From contig NC_091476.1 in the NCBI RefSeq assembly GCF_036971445.1, positions 140,058,001-140,122,000 of the forward strand: a stretch of 64,000 nt of DNA, read 5' to 3'. Of the stretch, positions 26,008 to 37,260 are shown one piece after another. The notes under the pieces are model-generated. The model ran no database searches. It was given only the letters and a program-made list of their open reading frames with translations, and was not told where the DNA came from. The stretch's first letter is position 1. Every line of letters starts with the position of its first letter. The DNA comes from Narcine bancroftii. Lineage: Eukaryota. A program made the translations under genes and the position numbers.

Positions 26008-26295
26008 CCCTGTGCCTGGACTGGGGCCACCGCCTCCCACTCCCTGCCCGGACCGGGGCCTCCGCCTGCCTCACTCGACCGAGGCCGGGGCCGCCGTCTC
26101 CCCCTTGCTCCTGCCCGTATCGGGGCCGCCGCCGTCTACCCTTCGCCCGGACCGGGGCCGGGGCCGCTGCTGCTCTCCCTGTGCCTGGACTGGGGCCGCC
26201 GCCTCCCACTCCCTGTCCGGACCGGGGCCTCCGCCTGCCTCACTCGACCGAGGCCGGGGCTGCCGTCTCCCCCTTGCTCCTGCCCGTATCGTGGC
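26008..26295. repeat. Tandem GC-rich ~170-bp-period repeat in the RTE 5' UTR
   Basis: ccctgtgcctggactggggcc...cttgctcctgcccgtatcg occurs from ~26008 and from ~26178; built of ccggaccggggcc subunits. Confidence 0.85.
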
Positions 26296-26379
26296 CTTTA
26301 TAATTAGTACTAAGTTAAAGATGTTATTTTCTAGCATCTGTTTAGTCTTGAGTTCAATTTTCTTTGCATGTGCTGGAAG

Positions 26380-26747
26380 NNNNNNNNNNNNNNNNNNNNN
26401 NNNNNNNNNNNNNNNNNNNNNNNNNNNNNNNNNNNNNNNNNNNNNNNNNNNNNNNNNNNNNNNNNNNNNNNNNNNNNNNNNNNNNNNNNNNNNNNNNNNN
26501 NNNNNNNNNNNNNNNNNNNNNNNNNNNNNNNNNNNNNNNNNNNNNNNNNNNNNNNNNNNNNNNNNNNNNNNNNNNNNNNNNNNNNNNNNNNNNNNNNNNN
26601 NNNNNNNNNNNNNNNNNNNNNNNNNNNNNNNNNNNNNNNNNNNNNNNNNNNNNNNNNNNNNNNNNNNNNNNNNNNNNNNNNNNNNNNNNNNNNNNNNNNN
26701 NNNNNNNNNNNNNNNNNNNNNNNNNNNNNNNNNNNNNNNNNNNNNNN
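26380..26747. other. Assembly gap (368 N)
   Basis: Run of n. Confidence 1.
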
Positions 26748-27059
26748 ATTCTTTCTAGAGCTTTTTAGAATATGAGTTTGATTTTCAGGGTGTATGACAC
26801 ATTAAAAAGAAATGCTGGTAGAACAGCCCATGTCAATCTTTCTTTGGATGTATATTTAGTTTTTCATACCTCATCTTACATTAAAAAAAATAATGATTCA
26901 TTTTGAGAACTGGAAAAGTCCCAACAAAATACAAATAGGACTCTTCTCTTGCAAGTGTCATCCAAGTTCCAACAGGTAACACAATCTGTGCCAACAATTC
27001 CAAGTTGAAATACTCAAAGACTGCAGCTGCTGGAACCTTGAGCAGAGAATTGCTGGAGG

Positions 27060-27800
27060 TAGAGTGGGCAAGACCTACACAATGAATAGTAGGGATCTGG
27101 GGAGTGTTGCAGAGCAGAGGGATCTAGGAGAACATATAGATAGGGTGTTCAAAATGGTTTTCTGCATGTTGGCGTTAATCAATCAGAGTACTGAGTTTAA
27201 AAGTTAGGAGGAAATGTTGCAGTGGTATATGACGTTGGTGAGCCACCATTTGTAGTATTGCATTCAGTTTTGGTCATCGTGCTTCAGAAATGATGCTGTC
27301 AAGCTGGAGATGGTACAGAGAAGATTTATGAGGATGTTGCCAAGACTCAAGGGCCTGCGCTACAGGGAGAGGTTAAGCAGGCTGGGACTTTATTCCTTGG
27401 AGCACAGGAGGATGAGAGGTGATCTCACAGAGGCGTACAAAACCATGAGTGGAATAGATTGGGTGAACTCAGAGCCTTTTGCCCAGAGTAAGGGAATCAA
27501 GAACAGATGTAGGTTTAATGTAAGGAGGGGAGAGATTTAATAGGAATCTGAGGGGTGGCTTTTTTCCCCAGATGGTGTTATATTGACCGAAAAGAATGGG
27601 CTGCCAGAGGAGGTGGTTGAGGCAGGTACTATGGCAACATTTAAGAATCATTTAGACAGATACATGGATAGGAATAAGTTGAGAGAAATATGGGCCTAAT
27701 GCAGACAGGTGGGACTAGTGTGGGTGGGATATTTTGGTTGGAGTGAATGGGTTTGGCTGAAGGGATTGTTTCCACGCTGTACGATTCTAACTCTATAACT
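27060..27800 (+). mobile_element. CR1 3' fragment
   Basis: VQRRFMRMLPRLKGLRYRERLSRLGLYSLEHRRMRGDL plus CR1 3' UTR. Confidence 0.9.
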
Positions 27801-28030
27801 CAGCATCTGTGGATAGTTATGGTCATTTAGCATTTTGGGTCAGAACCATTTATGAAGAAAAAAAAGGCAGGGGGAAAATAATGCATATAAAAGAGGAAAT
27901 TACCTGGGGAAGGTGCAAGAGGTGATAGGGGGCAGGGCAGAAATGGGCGAGGTAGAGAGACAGGAAGAGGGAAGGAAGTTGAGGTAAGAAAAGTTTGAGA
28001 GAAAAGAGAAAGGAAAAGGAAATAAAAAGT

Positions 28031-28526
28031 CTCTTCTTCTTCTGGCTATCCATCCCATCGGACGATAATAGTTCCTTTCAGTCAGTTTATGGGGTTTGAA
28101 ATGTGCATTCTGGAGTGGCTGTACAGGCTGGTCCTTGACAATATCCCACTCCTCAGTAAGGAACAATGTGTGCGTGATTAGATTTAGATGAGTAGGGGGT
28201 TGCACACATCCCTATTGACATCCCCTCCCAGATCCAGTGGCATGATGAGGTCCAAGAGAGCTGGGGGAAGTTCTGTTGCAGTGAATGGTCAGGCCAAGCT
28301 TCGATGCAAGGGATGTCCTTTCTTCACTTCATGGGACGTGTTTGTTAGATGGCCGTTGACCCTACGAGAGGGTTCGTCCGCCCTTTGACGGGTCTTATTT
28401 TTCATCCTGCAGGGTAACTAGCCACCTTCCATTTGAGGCTTACCAACCACCCGACCATGTGACAGGTAGTACTGGGTTACATGGTACCAATGGCACTCAG
28501 ACAAGTGACCTGACGGTAAAATGTAT
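28031..28526 (-). mobile_element. ~500-bp non-coding, probably RTE-derived non-autonomous retroposon nested in a Penelope remnant
   Basis: 11-bp TSD aaataaaaagt (28020-28030, 28527-28537); minus-strand 3' end ATAGCCAGAAGAAGAAG resembles RTE tails; internal CATCATGCCACTGGATC resembles RTE 5' UTR sequence. Confidence 0.6.
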
Positions 28527-28539
28527 AAATAAAAAGTTC

Positions 28540-28700
28540 AGGAGTAGGTGAAGAAACAATGGAAACAGATGGGGGGGTGGAGGTTATCTAAAGTTTGAGA
28601 AATTGATGCTCGTGCCATTAAGTTGAAGGCTGGCTATTAGGCATATGATGTGTTGTTCCTCAGGTTTACTTTTGGCCTCACCCTGACAGTGGATAAGGCT
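28540..28700 (-). mobile_element. Penelope GIY-YIG C-terminal fragment
   Basis: CQGEAKSKPEEQHIICLIASLQLNGTSINFSNFR*, homologous to the copy at ~22160-22260. Confidence 0.7.
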
Positions 28701-29235
28701 GAGGACTTTGTGGGATTTCATCTTCACCCCCAGGGGAAGTGTGTCACAACAATTAGAGTTAGAGAACATAGAATAGCACACCATGGGAACAGGCCCTTGT
28801 TGCACCATAACTGCACTGGCCATGATGTTGCACGTGTCTGGATCACTCCATCCCTTGTCTGTTCATGTGATGGTCCAAATATCTCTTAAAGTTGCTATTG
28901 TATCTGCTCCTATTGTCTCTCTTAGCCATGCATTCCAGGTACCTACCACTCTCCATGCCTTGCAAATCTCTTTTAAGCATTCTCTCCCTTTTGAAATCTA
29001 TGCCCTCCAATATTTTTATACAGACGTTCATAAAGGCATTTATACAGGCGTTTATACAGGCGTTCATAAAACATCAGAGAACCAACACAAACTCAGTAAA
29101 GTGAAAGGGCTGGAGATCGTGTTCCACCAAAGAAAGCAGAGTAAACTGGTGCTGCCACTGCAGTCTGGTTTTGTGTGCCTGACTACAGTCAGGCTCCATG
29201 TACATGTGTGTTAGTAGAATCCCCTTTAAAAGGGA

Positions 29236-29585
29236 CAGACAGTAAACGTGGATAGGCTTTTTCAATTAAGAGTGGGGGAGATTCAAACTAGAGGACATGG
29301 TTTAAGATTGAAGGGGGAAAATTCTAAGGGGAACATGAGGGGAAATTTCTTTACGCAAAGGGTGGTAGGGATGTGGAATGAGCTTCCGGCAGACGTGGTT
29401 GAGGCGGGATGATTGGTTACATTTAAGGAAAGACTGGATAGTTACATGGATGGGAGAGGACTGGAGGGGTATGGACCGGGTGCTGGTCAGTGGGACTAGG
29501 AGGGTGGGAATTTGTTACGACATGGACTAATAGGGCCGAACTGGCCTGTTCTGTGCTGTAAGTGGTTATATGGTTATATGGTTAA
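29236..29585 (+). mobile_element. Well-preserved CR1 3' fragment with (ggttatat)n tail
   Basis: TRGHGLRLKGE...RGNFFTQRVVGMWNELP...FKERLDSYM; tail ggttatatggttatatggtta. Confidence 0.85.
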
Positions 29586-29596
29586 TCCACGTACAA

Positions 29597-29750
29597 CGTG
29601 TATGTAAACAGGCTCCATGTATGTGTGTGTAAACAGGCTCCATGTACAATGTGTGTAAATAGGCCCAATGTACAAAGTGTGTCTAAATAGGCCCAATGTA
29701 CAAAGTGTGTGTAAATAGACTCCATGAACAATGTGTGTGTAAACAGGCCC
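29597..29750. repeat. Degenerate ~26-30-bp tandem repeat (gtgtgtaaacaggctccatgtacaat)
   Basis: About six units; a further unit (caggctccatgtacatgtgtg) lies at ~29190. Confidence 0.75.
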
Positions 29751-30374
29751 AAAATACAAAATACAAATAAGTGTGAGGTGATGGATGCATTTTGGAAGGT
29801 CAAACTTGAAGTCTGAGTACATGGTTAATGGTAGGAAACTTAATAGTGTGGAAAAACAGAGGGGCCATGGGATCCAAATCCATAGATCTCTCAAAGTTGC
29901 CATGCAGGTTGATAGGATAGTTAAACCTATGGCATGTTTGGCTTCATTAGTCAGGGGATTGAGTTCAGGAGTCGTGATGTGATGTTGCAGCTCTTTAAAT
30001 CTCTGGTGAGACCACACTTACAATATTGTTTTCAGTTATGAAAAATAGAAGGTTATGAAGGAAGGAAGGTTTAGTTTTATTTATTTATAGGTCAACACAA
30101 CATTGAGGGCTGAAGGGACTCTACAGTGCTATTATGTTCCATGCACTTTTAAGATTTAAGAATAAATTGGATAGGTACGTGGATGGAAAGACAGCATCCC
30201 ATCAGAATAGGTTCTCAGGGCTCAACGTGGATATTGGTGGGTCCCGAATGAACAGTTCTTATTGGTATTCACCAGGGAGAAGGGCATTGGGGGTGGAGAC
30301 AAAGCATAGAGGTCCAATGATATTCTGGAACATGTTTGTACCAGAAAGGAGAAAGAGTTAAATTAAACTTCACA

Positions 30375-30590
30375 TTAAATTTTAAATTTATATTTAAACA
30401 CAGCATGCACAATTAATCTACCACCCGGTACCACTGGTACGTTTTTGAAAGGTGGGCATAAACCGGAGCCCCCAGAGGAACCCATGCATACATGGAGACA
30501 ACATACAAACTCTTTACAGAGTGTCAGATTTGAAACACGGTCGCTGGCGCTGTAATAGCATTGCACTAATTGCTATGCTAAATGTGGCTA
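30375..30590 (-). mobile_element. HE1/V-type SINE
   Basis: aaccggagcccccagaggaacccatgca...acatacaaactctttacaga...tgtaatagcattgcactaa is the reverse complement of the family. Confidence 0.75.
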
Positions 30591-33500
30591 AATCCATAAT
30601 TCTGATAGGATCTATCCCAGGATGCTACAGGAGGCAAGGGAAGAGAATGCTGGGCTGCGATGGAGATCTTTTCAATGCACAAATCTGATTACTACAGGAA
30701 AGTTGTGGTCGCAATAGAGAGATTGCAGAAGAGATGTGGCCTGGAATGCAGTGCTTTACTTTTAAGGAGAAATGGGATAGGGCTAGGATTGCTGAGGGGT
30801 GAACCTGTGGTGGTTTATGAGGGGCATAGATAGGGTAGATGGTCAGAATGGTTTTCTAAGAATTGAGGAGTTTAGAATTACAGAGCACAGCTTTAAGGTG
30901 AGACGTCAGATCAGAATGTGAAAGCATATGCAAACAGATTGCTTAAAAGGCAGTTACATGTAAAATAAACCATCAGAAGAATGGGGGTCACTGCAGCAAA
31001 TGGATTTGCAAGGATAGGCATCATGGTTAGCATGGATGAGTGGGCCAAAGGGCCTATTTCTCACCAGATTGGGAATGTTTTGACTGACAACATGCAGGAC
31101 AAGAAGGTTGTGAACACCATCAACAAAATGTGATTAATTCAACCGGACTTTGCATCTTCTGTAAATATTTTCGCTGGTTTCCACTCACTCGAAGCTGGAA
31201 GAGCAGCTGTTGACAAACCCAGTCCAGTCACAGCCTGACAAATGCAACACAGACATCAGCTGGCATTCTTGGAGTGCTCTCCCTCTTCCTGGAAGTCAGG
31301 GAAGGGAGAGAAAGGGGAGAGTATGTGTGAACAGTGGGGCAGTCTTGCGAAGTTGGGACAGTGCTACAGTTTTGTGCCTGGCAGCAGAGGGCCCTTCACA
31401 CTGAAGGGAATCCATCACTCCAGTTCCATGGGGTGTTCTGAGTTACAAATAACTCTGTAATTAGGCCAAAGTCACCGACCCCTAATGCAGATTTTTCTTC
31501 TGACTGTAATGCTGCCTGTGACTTCTTCCCAGACAGACCAATGAGTGTTCCGTATGGCCACTGAAAGTGCGACGTTCCTGTGGTGATGTATTTGTACGTG
31601 TTGGATGTATACTAACTCTGTGTGGCCCTGACAAAGTGAGGTCACTGCTCGTGGCAGGGACATCCGTGACAACAGGAGACCAAGGTCTGCACCACAAACT
31701 TAGTGTGCACACACATGCTGGTGTGCAAACACGTTCTGGAACATCACACACAGACTCACAGTGATGGGAGGGACACAGGAAAACTGGATGTACGTTTTTC
31801 ATTTATCTTTCTCGTTGACTTGCTGTTACTCTGTTCTCTTGCCTCTTATAACAGGCTGATGAAGTCTACATGGTCTTAGCCATGTCAGGCCTTACAAGCT
31901 ATGGTGTGGAAATATGGTCCAAGCATGGAGCAAACTTGCAGGCTGTACAGATATTGTGCTAGTTGGTAAAATGGTGATAGGGTAGAAGATGGGACATTCA
32001 TTCCTCCCATTGTAAGTCGGCAAAACACAATTCATATCATAAGAAAATTGTCGCTGGCTACAGGTGATGAGCCAATAACTGCATCATTTATTTTCTCAGA
32101 CATTAACTGTGTATCTCCTACCCACCACCAGTGTCATGGAAGGACAAGGGAACAAATGCAAGGGAATGTCACCTCTTGAAGGCTTCCCCCCCACTCCGAG
32201 CCTTTACTGTCACATAGAGTCTGGTCTTGTGAGCAACACACCCACATCCTACAAAACTCCAATACATGCCCGAGAAAAGAATTAGCAGAGGAAAGCACCT
32301 AAAGTTGACTTCAGATCTCGTATTCATAAATGCTCCAAGATTAAGAGAACAAGCTTTGCTCGGATGTTTCTTTAAATTCACCAGGCAGCTAATATCTAGC
32401 AAATGACTGATTGTCACATGAATTCCCAGCACATTGTTTCCAAAACACAGTAATCTCTCCACGGCTGCACGCGGGGGCATGCGGTTAGTGACAGAATTAA
32501 CCCTTCTCTCTGCAAATTTCCCAAGTTCATGATCTATCCTAATGACATCACAGTTTAAGAAAATGACTTTTATGAAAACCTTTTGCAGTTTGTTGTCATG
32601 GTGAGGTGCATTTCTGTGTAGTTTACTTTGGAACAATGATGCAGTATGATTACTGAGGAATTGAGCCAAGAAGAACTTCATCCCAGGAGTGGGCCCCACT
32701 TGGTGTGGCTACAAGTCAATGAAATCACAATGACTTGGGTTATAGTTGCTCAGATAGTTTCCCTTGAATTCTTTTCACCACTCCTGATTCTTGCTGAGTT
32801 AAGACAGATACTCCTCCTGCCTGTCTCGCACTACCTGCTCTCATTCCAAAGTCTGCACTCTGTATACTTAAAGTAGAATGTAAAAATTCTGAAAACACTC
32901 AGCAGATCAGGCAGCCTCTGTGGAGGGGCAGAATTAATGTCAGAGATCAATGATTGCTCATTAGAACTCCTTCTTTTGATTAACTTATCCTTGTTTTGAA
33001 ATACAAAGGCAGTACACTCTGTGAGCAGGCCCCACATTCTGCAAATATTCCTCAGGACATTAATCCTTGTCCTGAGCAGTGTAGACAGACCGGTTTATAC
33101 CAGTCCCATCTCTCCCAGAACCAGTTCAAACGCCTCAGGAATCTGAAACCCTCCCACTTGCAACGCTATCACATATTCATCCTAGTTATTCTGCTAGTCC
33201 TACTACTCCGACTAGCACAAGGCACAGGTATTAATCCTGACATTACTATCTTTGAGGGCCTACTTTTTGATTTATCTCCTAGCTCCCTAATTCTGCTTGT
33301 CAGAATCTCCCTCCTCAGAGAGCCAAAAAACATCAGGGACTTTATAGGTTTGTGGACTCACTCTCAGGGAACATGCTTTGAGTGCTGGTAGATCCCTTTC
33401 AGGTAGCATTCCATTGTGGGAGTCCAAGACAACCATATACTTTCCCAGCCCACAGCTTATGTCCAAAGGTGTCCCAGCACCATCCCTTCCCCCTGCTCCA

Positions 33501-34264
33501 TACTTGTCCTGCACTCCTTAACAACCATCTTCAACCACTGTCCTGAACCTTCCCAACAACATCTCATCAGCGCCTTATGCACTGATAGTCTTCATCCCTC
33601 CCCCACACTCCCTCATCACCCACCGATCCCATGAGCATTTCTCCAGCCCTTTTGTTATTTGTACAAAATCTAATCACTATTCTATTCCCACAGATAGCTA
33701 TTAGATTGGTCTTACAGTAGATATTTTGCTTTTTCAAAGTGGCTTTAAAAATGAGCATATCCATTTCCTTCACCATTTCCTCCTGGAGTGAAGTATTTGG
33801 CACCTGTCAAATATTGCAAGACCTAGTGTACTGGACTTGCAACAATTTGAATACAAATTTGATGCTCTTTTTGCCGGAAAATCGGAATTTATTGTCATGA
33901 ACGTGTCACAAAATTCATTGTTTTGCAGCACCGTCACAGGGGAAATATTGGTATAAATTACATTTCAAAATAAATAATGCAAATAAAAAGAGAAAACTGC
34001 ATCTTTTTAAGATTAGAGGACAGAAGGATTAAATTAGAGGACAGAAGGATCTCAGAAAACAAACACTAAAACAGCTCATAAAATTGTAATCCAATCACTT
34101 TTGTTTATTTTGTGAGGAATAAAATGGAGAATATGAAATTTATGCCAAACCTATTTTGAACCATACATTGATTGATTGATTGATTGCTGCATAGAGTCCC
34201 ATTTATCAGGTTATAAAAATGACTTGTAGGGAAAGGATGAACAAACTGATCCCTTTACTCTTTG

Positions 34265-37260
34265 AATCATAGAACACTACAGCACAGAAACAGGCCCATC
34301 CAGCCCTTCTAGTCTGTGCCAAACCTTTTTTCCCCCCTAGTCCCACTGATCTGTGCCCAGGTCATAGCCTTCCATACCTCTTCCATCCATGTACCAAACT
34401 CTTCTTAATATTAAAATTGAGCCCGCATTCACCACTTCAGCTGGCAGATCATTCCACACTCCCCCAACTCTCTTTGTGAAAAAGATCCCCCTCATGTCCC
34501 CCTAAACTTTTCCACTTTCACCCTTAACCCATGTCCTCTGGTTTGTATCTCACCTACCCTTAGTGGAAAAAGCCTACCTACATTTACTCTGTCTATCTCT
34601 CTCATAATTGTAAATACCTCCTTCTAATCTCCCCTCATTCTTCTACGTTCCACTGAATAAAGTCCTAACCTGTTTAACCTTTCCCGTAACTCAGTTCTTG
34701 AAGTCTGGGCAGTATCTTAGTACATTCTTTCTATTTTATTGACATCTTTCCTGTAGTTAAGTGACCAAAACTGCACACAATACTCCAAATTTGGCCTCAT
34801 CATTGTCTTATACAACTTTACCATAATATCTCAACTCCTATACTTAATACCTTGATTTTTGAAGGCCAATATGCTAAAAGCTCTCTTTACAACCCTAACC
34901 ACTTGTGACGCCACTTTCAGGGAATTATTTATCTGTACTCCCAGATCCCTGTGTTCTACTGCACTCGTCAGTGCCCTACCATTTACCATGAATGTCCATT
35001 CTTGGTTTGTCCTTCCAAATTGCAGCACTTCACACTTGTCTGCATTAAATTCCACCTGCCATTATTCAGCCCATTTTTCCAGTTGGTCCAGATCCCTCTC
35101 CAAGCTTTGAAAGCCTTCTTCACTGTCCCTAATGCCTCCAAACTTGGTGATCCAATTTTCTGCATCCAGATCATTGATATAGATGACAAACAATAATGTT
35201 CCCAGTGCTGATCCCTGAGGCACACCACTAGTCACAGGCCTCCAGTCTGAGAACCAATCAACAACCATTACTCTCTGGCTTCTCCAATCCAGCCAGTGTT
35301 AAATTCAGTTTACTACTTAACCATGAATACCAAGCATCTGAACCTTCCTAACTAACCTCCCATGTGGCATGTTTGGCGTAGTGGGCAGCACAGTTGGAAT
35401 AGTGGTTAGCGCACGCCTTTACAAATTCCTTAAGCCTGTTAACTTTGCCTTTAATCCTGACAGGAACATACAAACTTTGTACTCTCAAAATTTCACCTTT
35501 GTAGGTTCTCTACTTACCTCGTACATCCTTGCTCGAAACAACTTTTTCCAATCCACGCATTCGAGATCCTTTCTCATTTCCTCAAAATTGGCCTTTCTCT
35601 AATTTAGAATCTCAACCCAAGACCGATCCTTCTCCATAATGAACTTGAATCTAATGGCATTATGATCACTGGCCCCAAAATATTCATCTCCACATACTCT
35701 CTCCAGTTAGTACCTCAACATATTGATTTAGAAGACTTTCATGAACACATTTGACAAACATCAGTCCTTTTATATCTCGAAAGTTAAAATCTCTTACAAT
35801 CACAATCTTCTGTTTTCTACAGCTGTCTGCTATCTCTCTGCAGATTTGCTCCTTTAATTCTTGTTGACTATTGGGCAGTCTATAATACAGGTACACGATT
35901 CTTTATCTGGAACCCTCGGGAGACAGTGTGTTCCGAATTTCATATTTTTCTGGATTTCGGAAAGCCCCCCCGAATTGTGCTGCCAAATCCACCCCCACCC
36001 CTTTCCTGTCGGCCAACCGTCTCCCCAGACTGACGGTCCCTCACCACCTAGACAACTACCCCAATCGGGGTCCCTCGGCAGCCTCCCCCAACCGTGGTCC
36101 CTCGGCCATCCGACCGCACCGCCGTCCGTGGTCCCTAAGCCGCCCGGCCGCCTCCCCTGTCCGCGATCCCTTGGCCTCCCGGCCGCCTCACCCAACCGCA
36201 GTCCCTCGGCCGCCTGGCCGCCCCCCCCCACCCAACTGCGGTCCCTCAGCTGTCTCCCCTGACCACCGGTCCCTCGGCCGCTCGGCAGTCTCCCCCAACC
36301 GCGTTCCTCGACCACCTGGCAGCCTCCCCCAACCGCATTCCTCGACCGCCCAGCAGCCTCCCACAGCTGTCTCTCCCGACCACCGGTCCCTCGGCCACCC
36401 AGCAGTCTATCCCGGCCGTCTCCCCGTACCGCGGTCCCTCGGCCACCTGGCATTTTCCCCTGACCATCGGTCTCTCGGCTGCCCAGCAGTTTCCCCCAAC
36501 CGCGTTGCTCGGCCGCCCGGCTGTCTCCCCCGACCACCGGTCCCTTGGCCATCTCCCCCCGACCATCGGTCCCTTGCCCGTCTGGCAGTTTCCCCCTACC
36601 GCGGTCCCTCAGCCGCCCAGCCGTCTCCCCCAACCGCCGGTCCATCGGCCGCCTCCCCCGACCACCGGTCCCCACTTGCTGGATTTTGGAGCTTTCCGGA
36701 TTTTAGATGTCCGGATAAAGGATTGTCTCCCTGTACAACCAAATAAGTGTGGTCATACCTTTCCTGTTCCTCAGTTCCACCCATATATAGCCTCAGTAAA
36801 TGAGCCCTCTGGTGCATCCTGCCTGAGCACAGCTGTGATATTTTCCCTGATGAGCAATGGCACTCGTCCCCCTTTCACCCCCCCCCCTCCATTTTATCAT
36901 GTCTAAAGCAATGGAAGCCCGGAACATTGAGCTGCCAGTCCTGCCCCTCCTCCAACTAAGTTTCACTAATGGCCACAATATCATAATTCCACATGCCAAT
37001 CCATGCTGTCAGCTTGTCTGCCTTTCCTACAATACTCCTTGCATTGAAATAGATGCACCTGAAAATATTTCCACCATGTACAACACATTGACTTTTAATG
37101 GTGCAGGCAATTTTCACAGCATCTTTTCACTCCTCCACTCCTCTATCTGCTCTTGCACTCTGTTTCCAGTCCCTCTGCAAATCTAGTTTAAACCAACCAG
37201 AGCAGCACCAGCAAACCTTTCTGCAAGGATATTAATCTCCTTCCAGTTCAGAAGCAAATT
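34265..37260 (-). mobile_element. Long internally deleted CR1 LINE (APE part to 3' end) interrupted by a Tigger-like MITE
   Basis: [37 protein letters not shown]; APE-like YYRLPNSQ...IVIVRDFNF; flanks of the MITE rejoin as tataaTAcaacc. Confidence 0.85.
35888..36733. mobile_element. Tc1/mariner-pogo (Tigger4-like) non-autonomous element with GC-rich tandem interior
   Basis: TA on both sides (35886-35887, 36734-36735); imperfect TIRs caggtacacgattctttatctgga / tccggataaaggattgtctccctg; subterminal ggattt repeats typical of Tigger-type MITEs. Confidence 0.8.

Larger units (their letters stand above)
22394..26295 (-). mobile_element. Full-length or near full-length RTE-clade LINE (BovB/AviRTE-like)
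   Basis: 10-bp TSD ctttataatt (22384-22393, 26296-26305); single APE-RT ORF; 3' stem-loop CTTCG-TCCG-CGAAG and short AAAG tail; GC-rich repeated 5' end. Confidence 0.95.

Noticed and set aside
25646-26775. 370-, 171-, 135- and 134-aa plus-strand ORFs
   Set aside because: Antisense to the RTE 5' repeats and/or running through the N gap.
29597-29750. CRISPR-like array
   Set aside because: Units are contiguous and degenerate with no unique spacers; eukaryotic context with no cas genes.
32169-32699. 176-aa minus-strand ORF in unique sequence
   Set aside because: Non-ATG start and no recognisable family; the sequence looks regulatory rather than coding.
35854-36906. Gly/Arg- and Pro-rich ORFs of up to 273 aa on both strands
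   Set aside because: Translations of the GC-rich tandem array inside the Tigger-like MITE.
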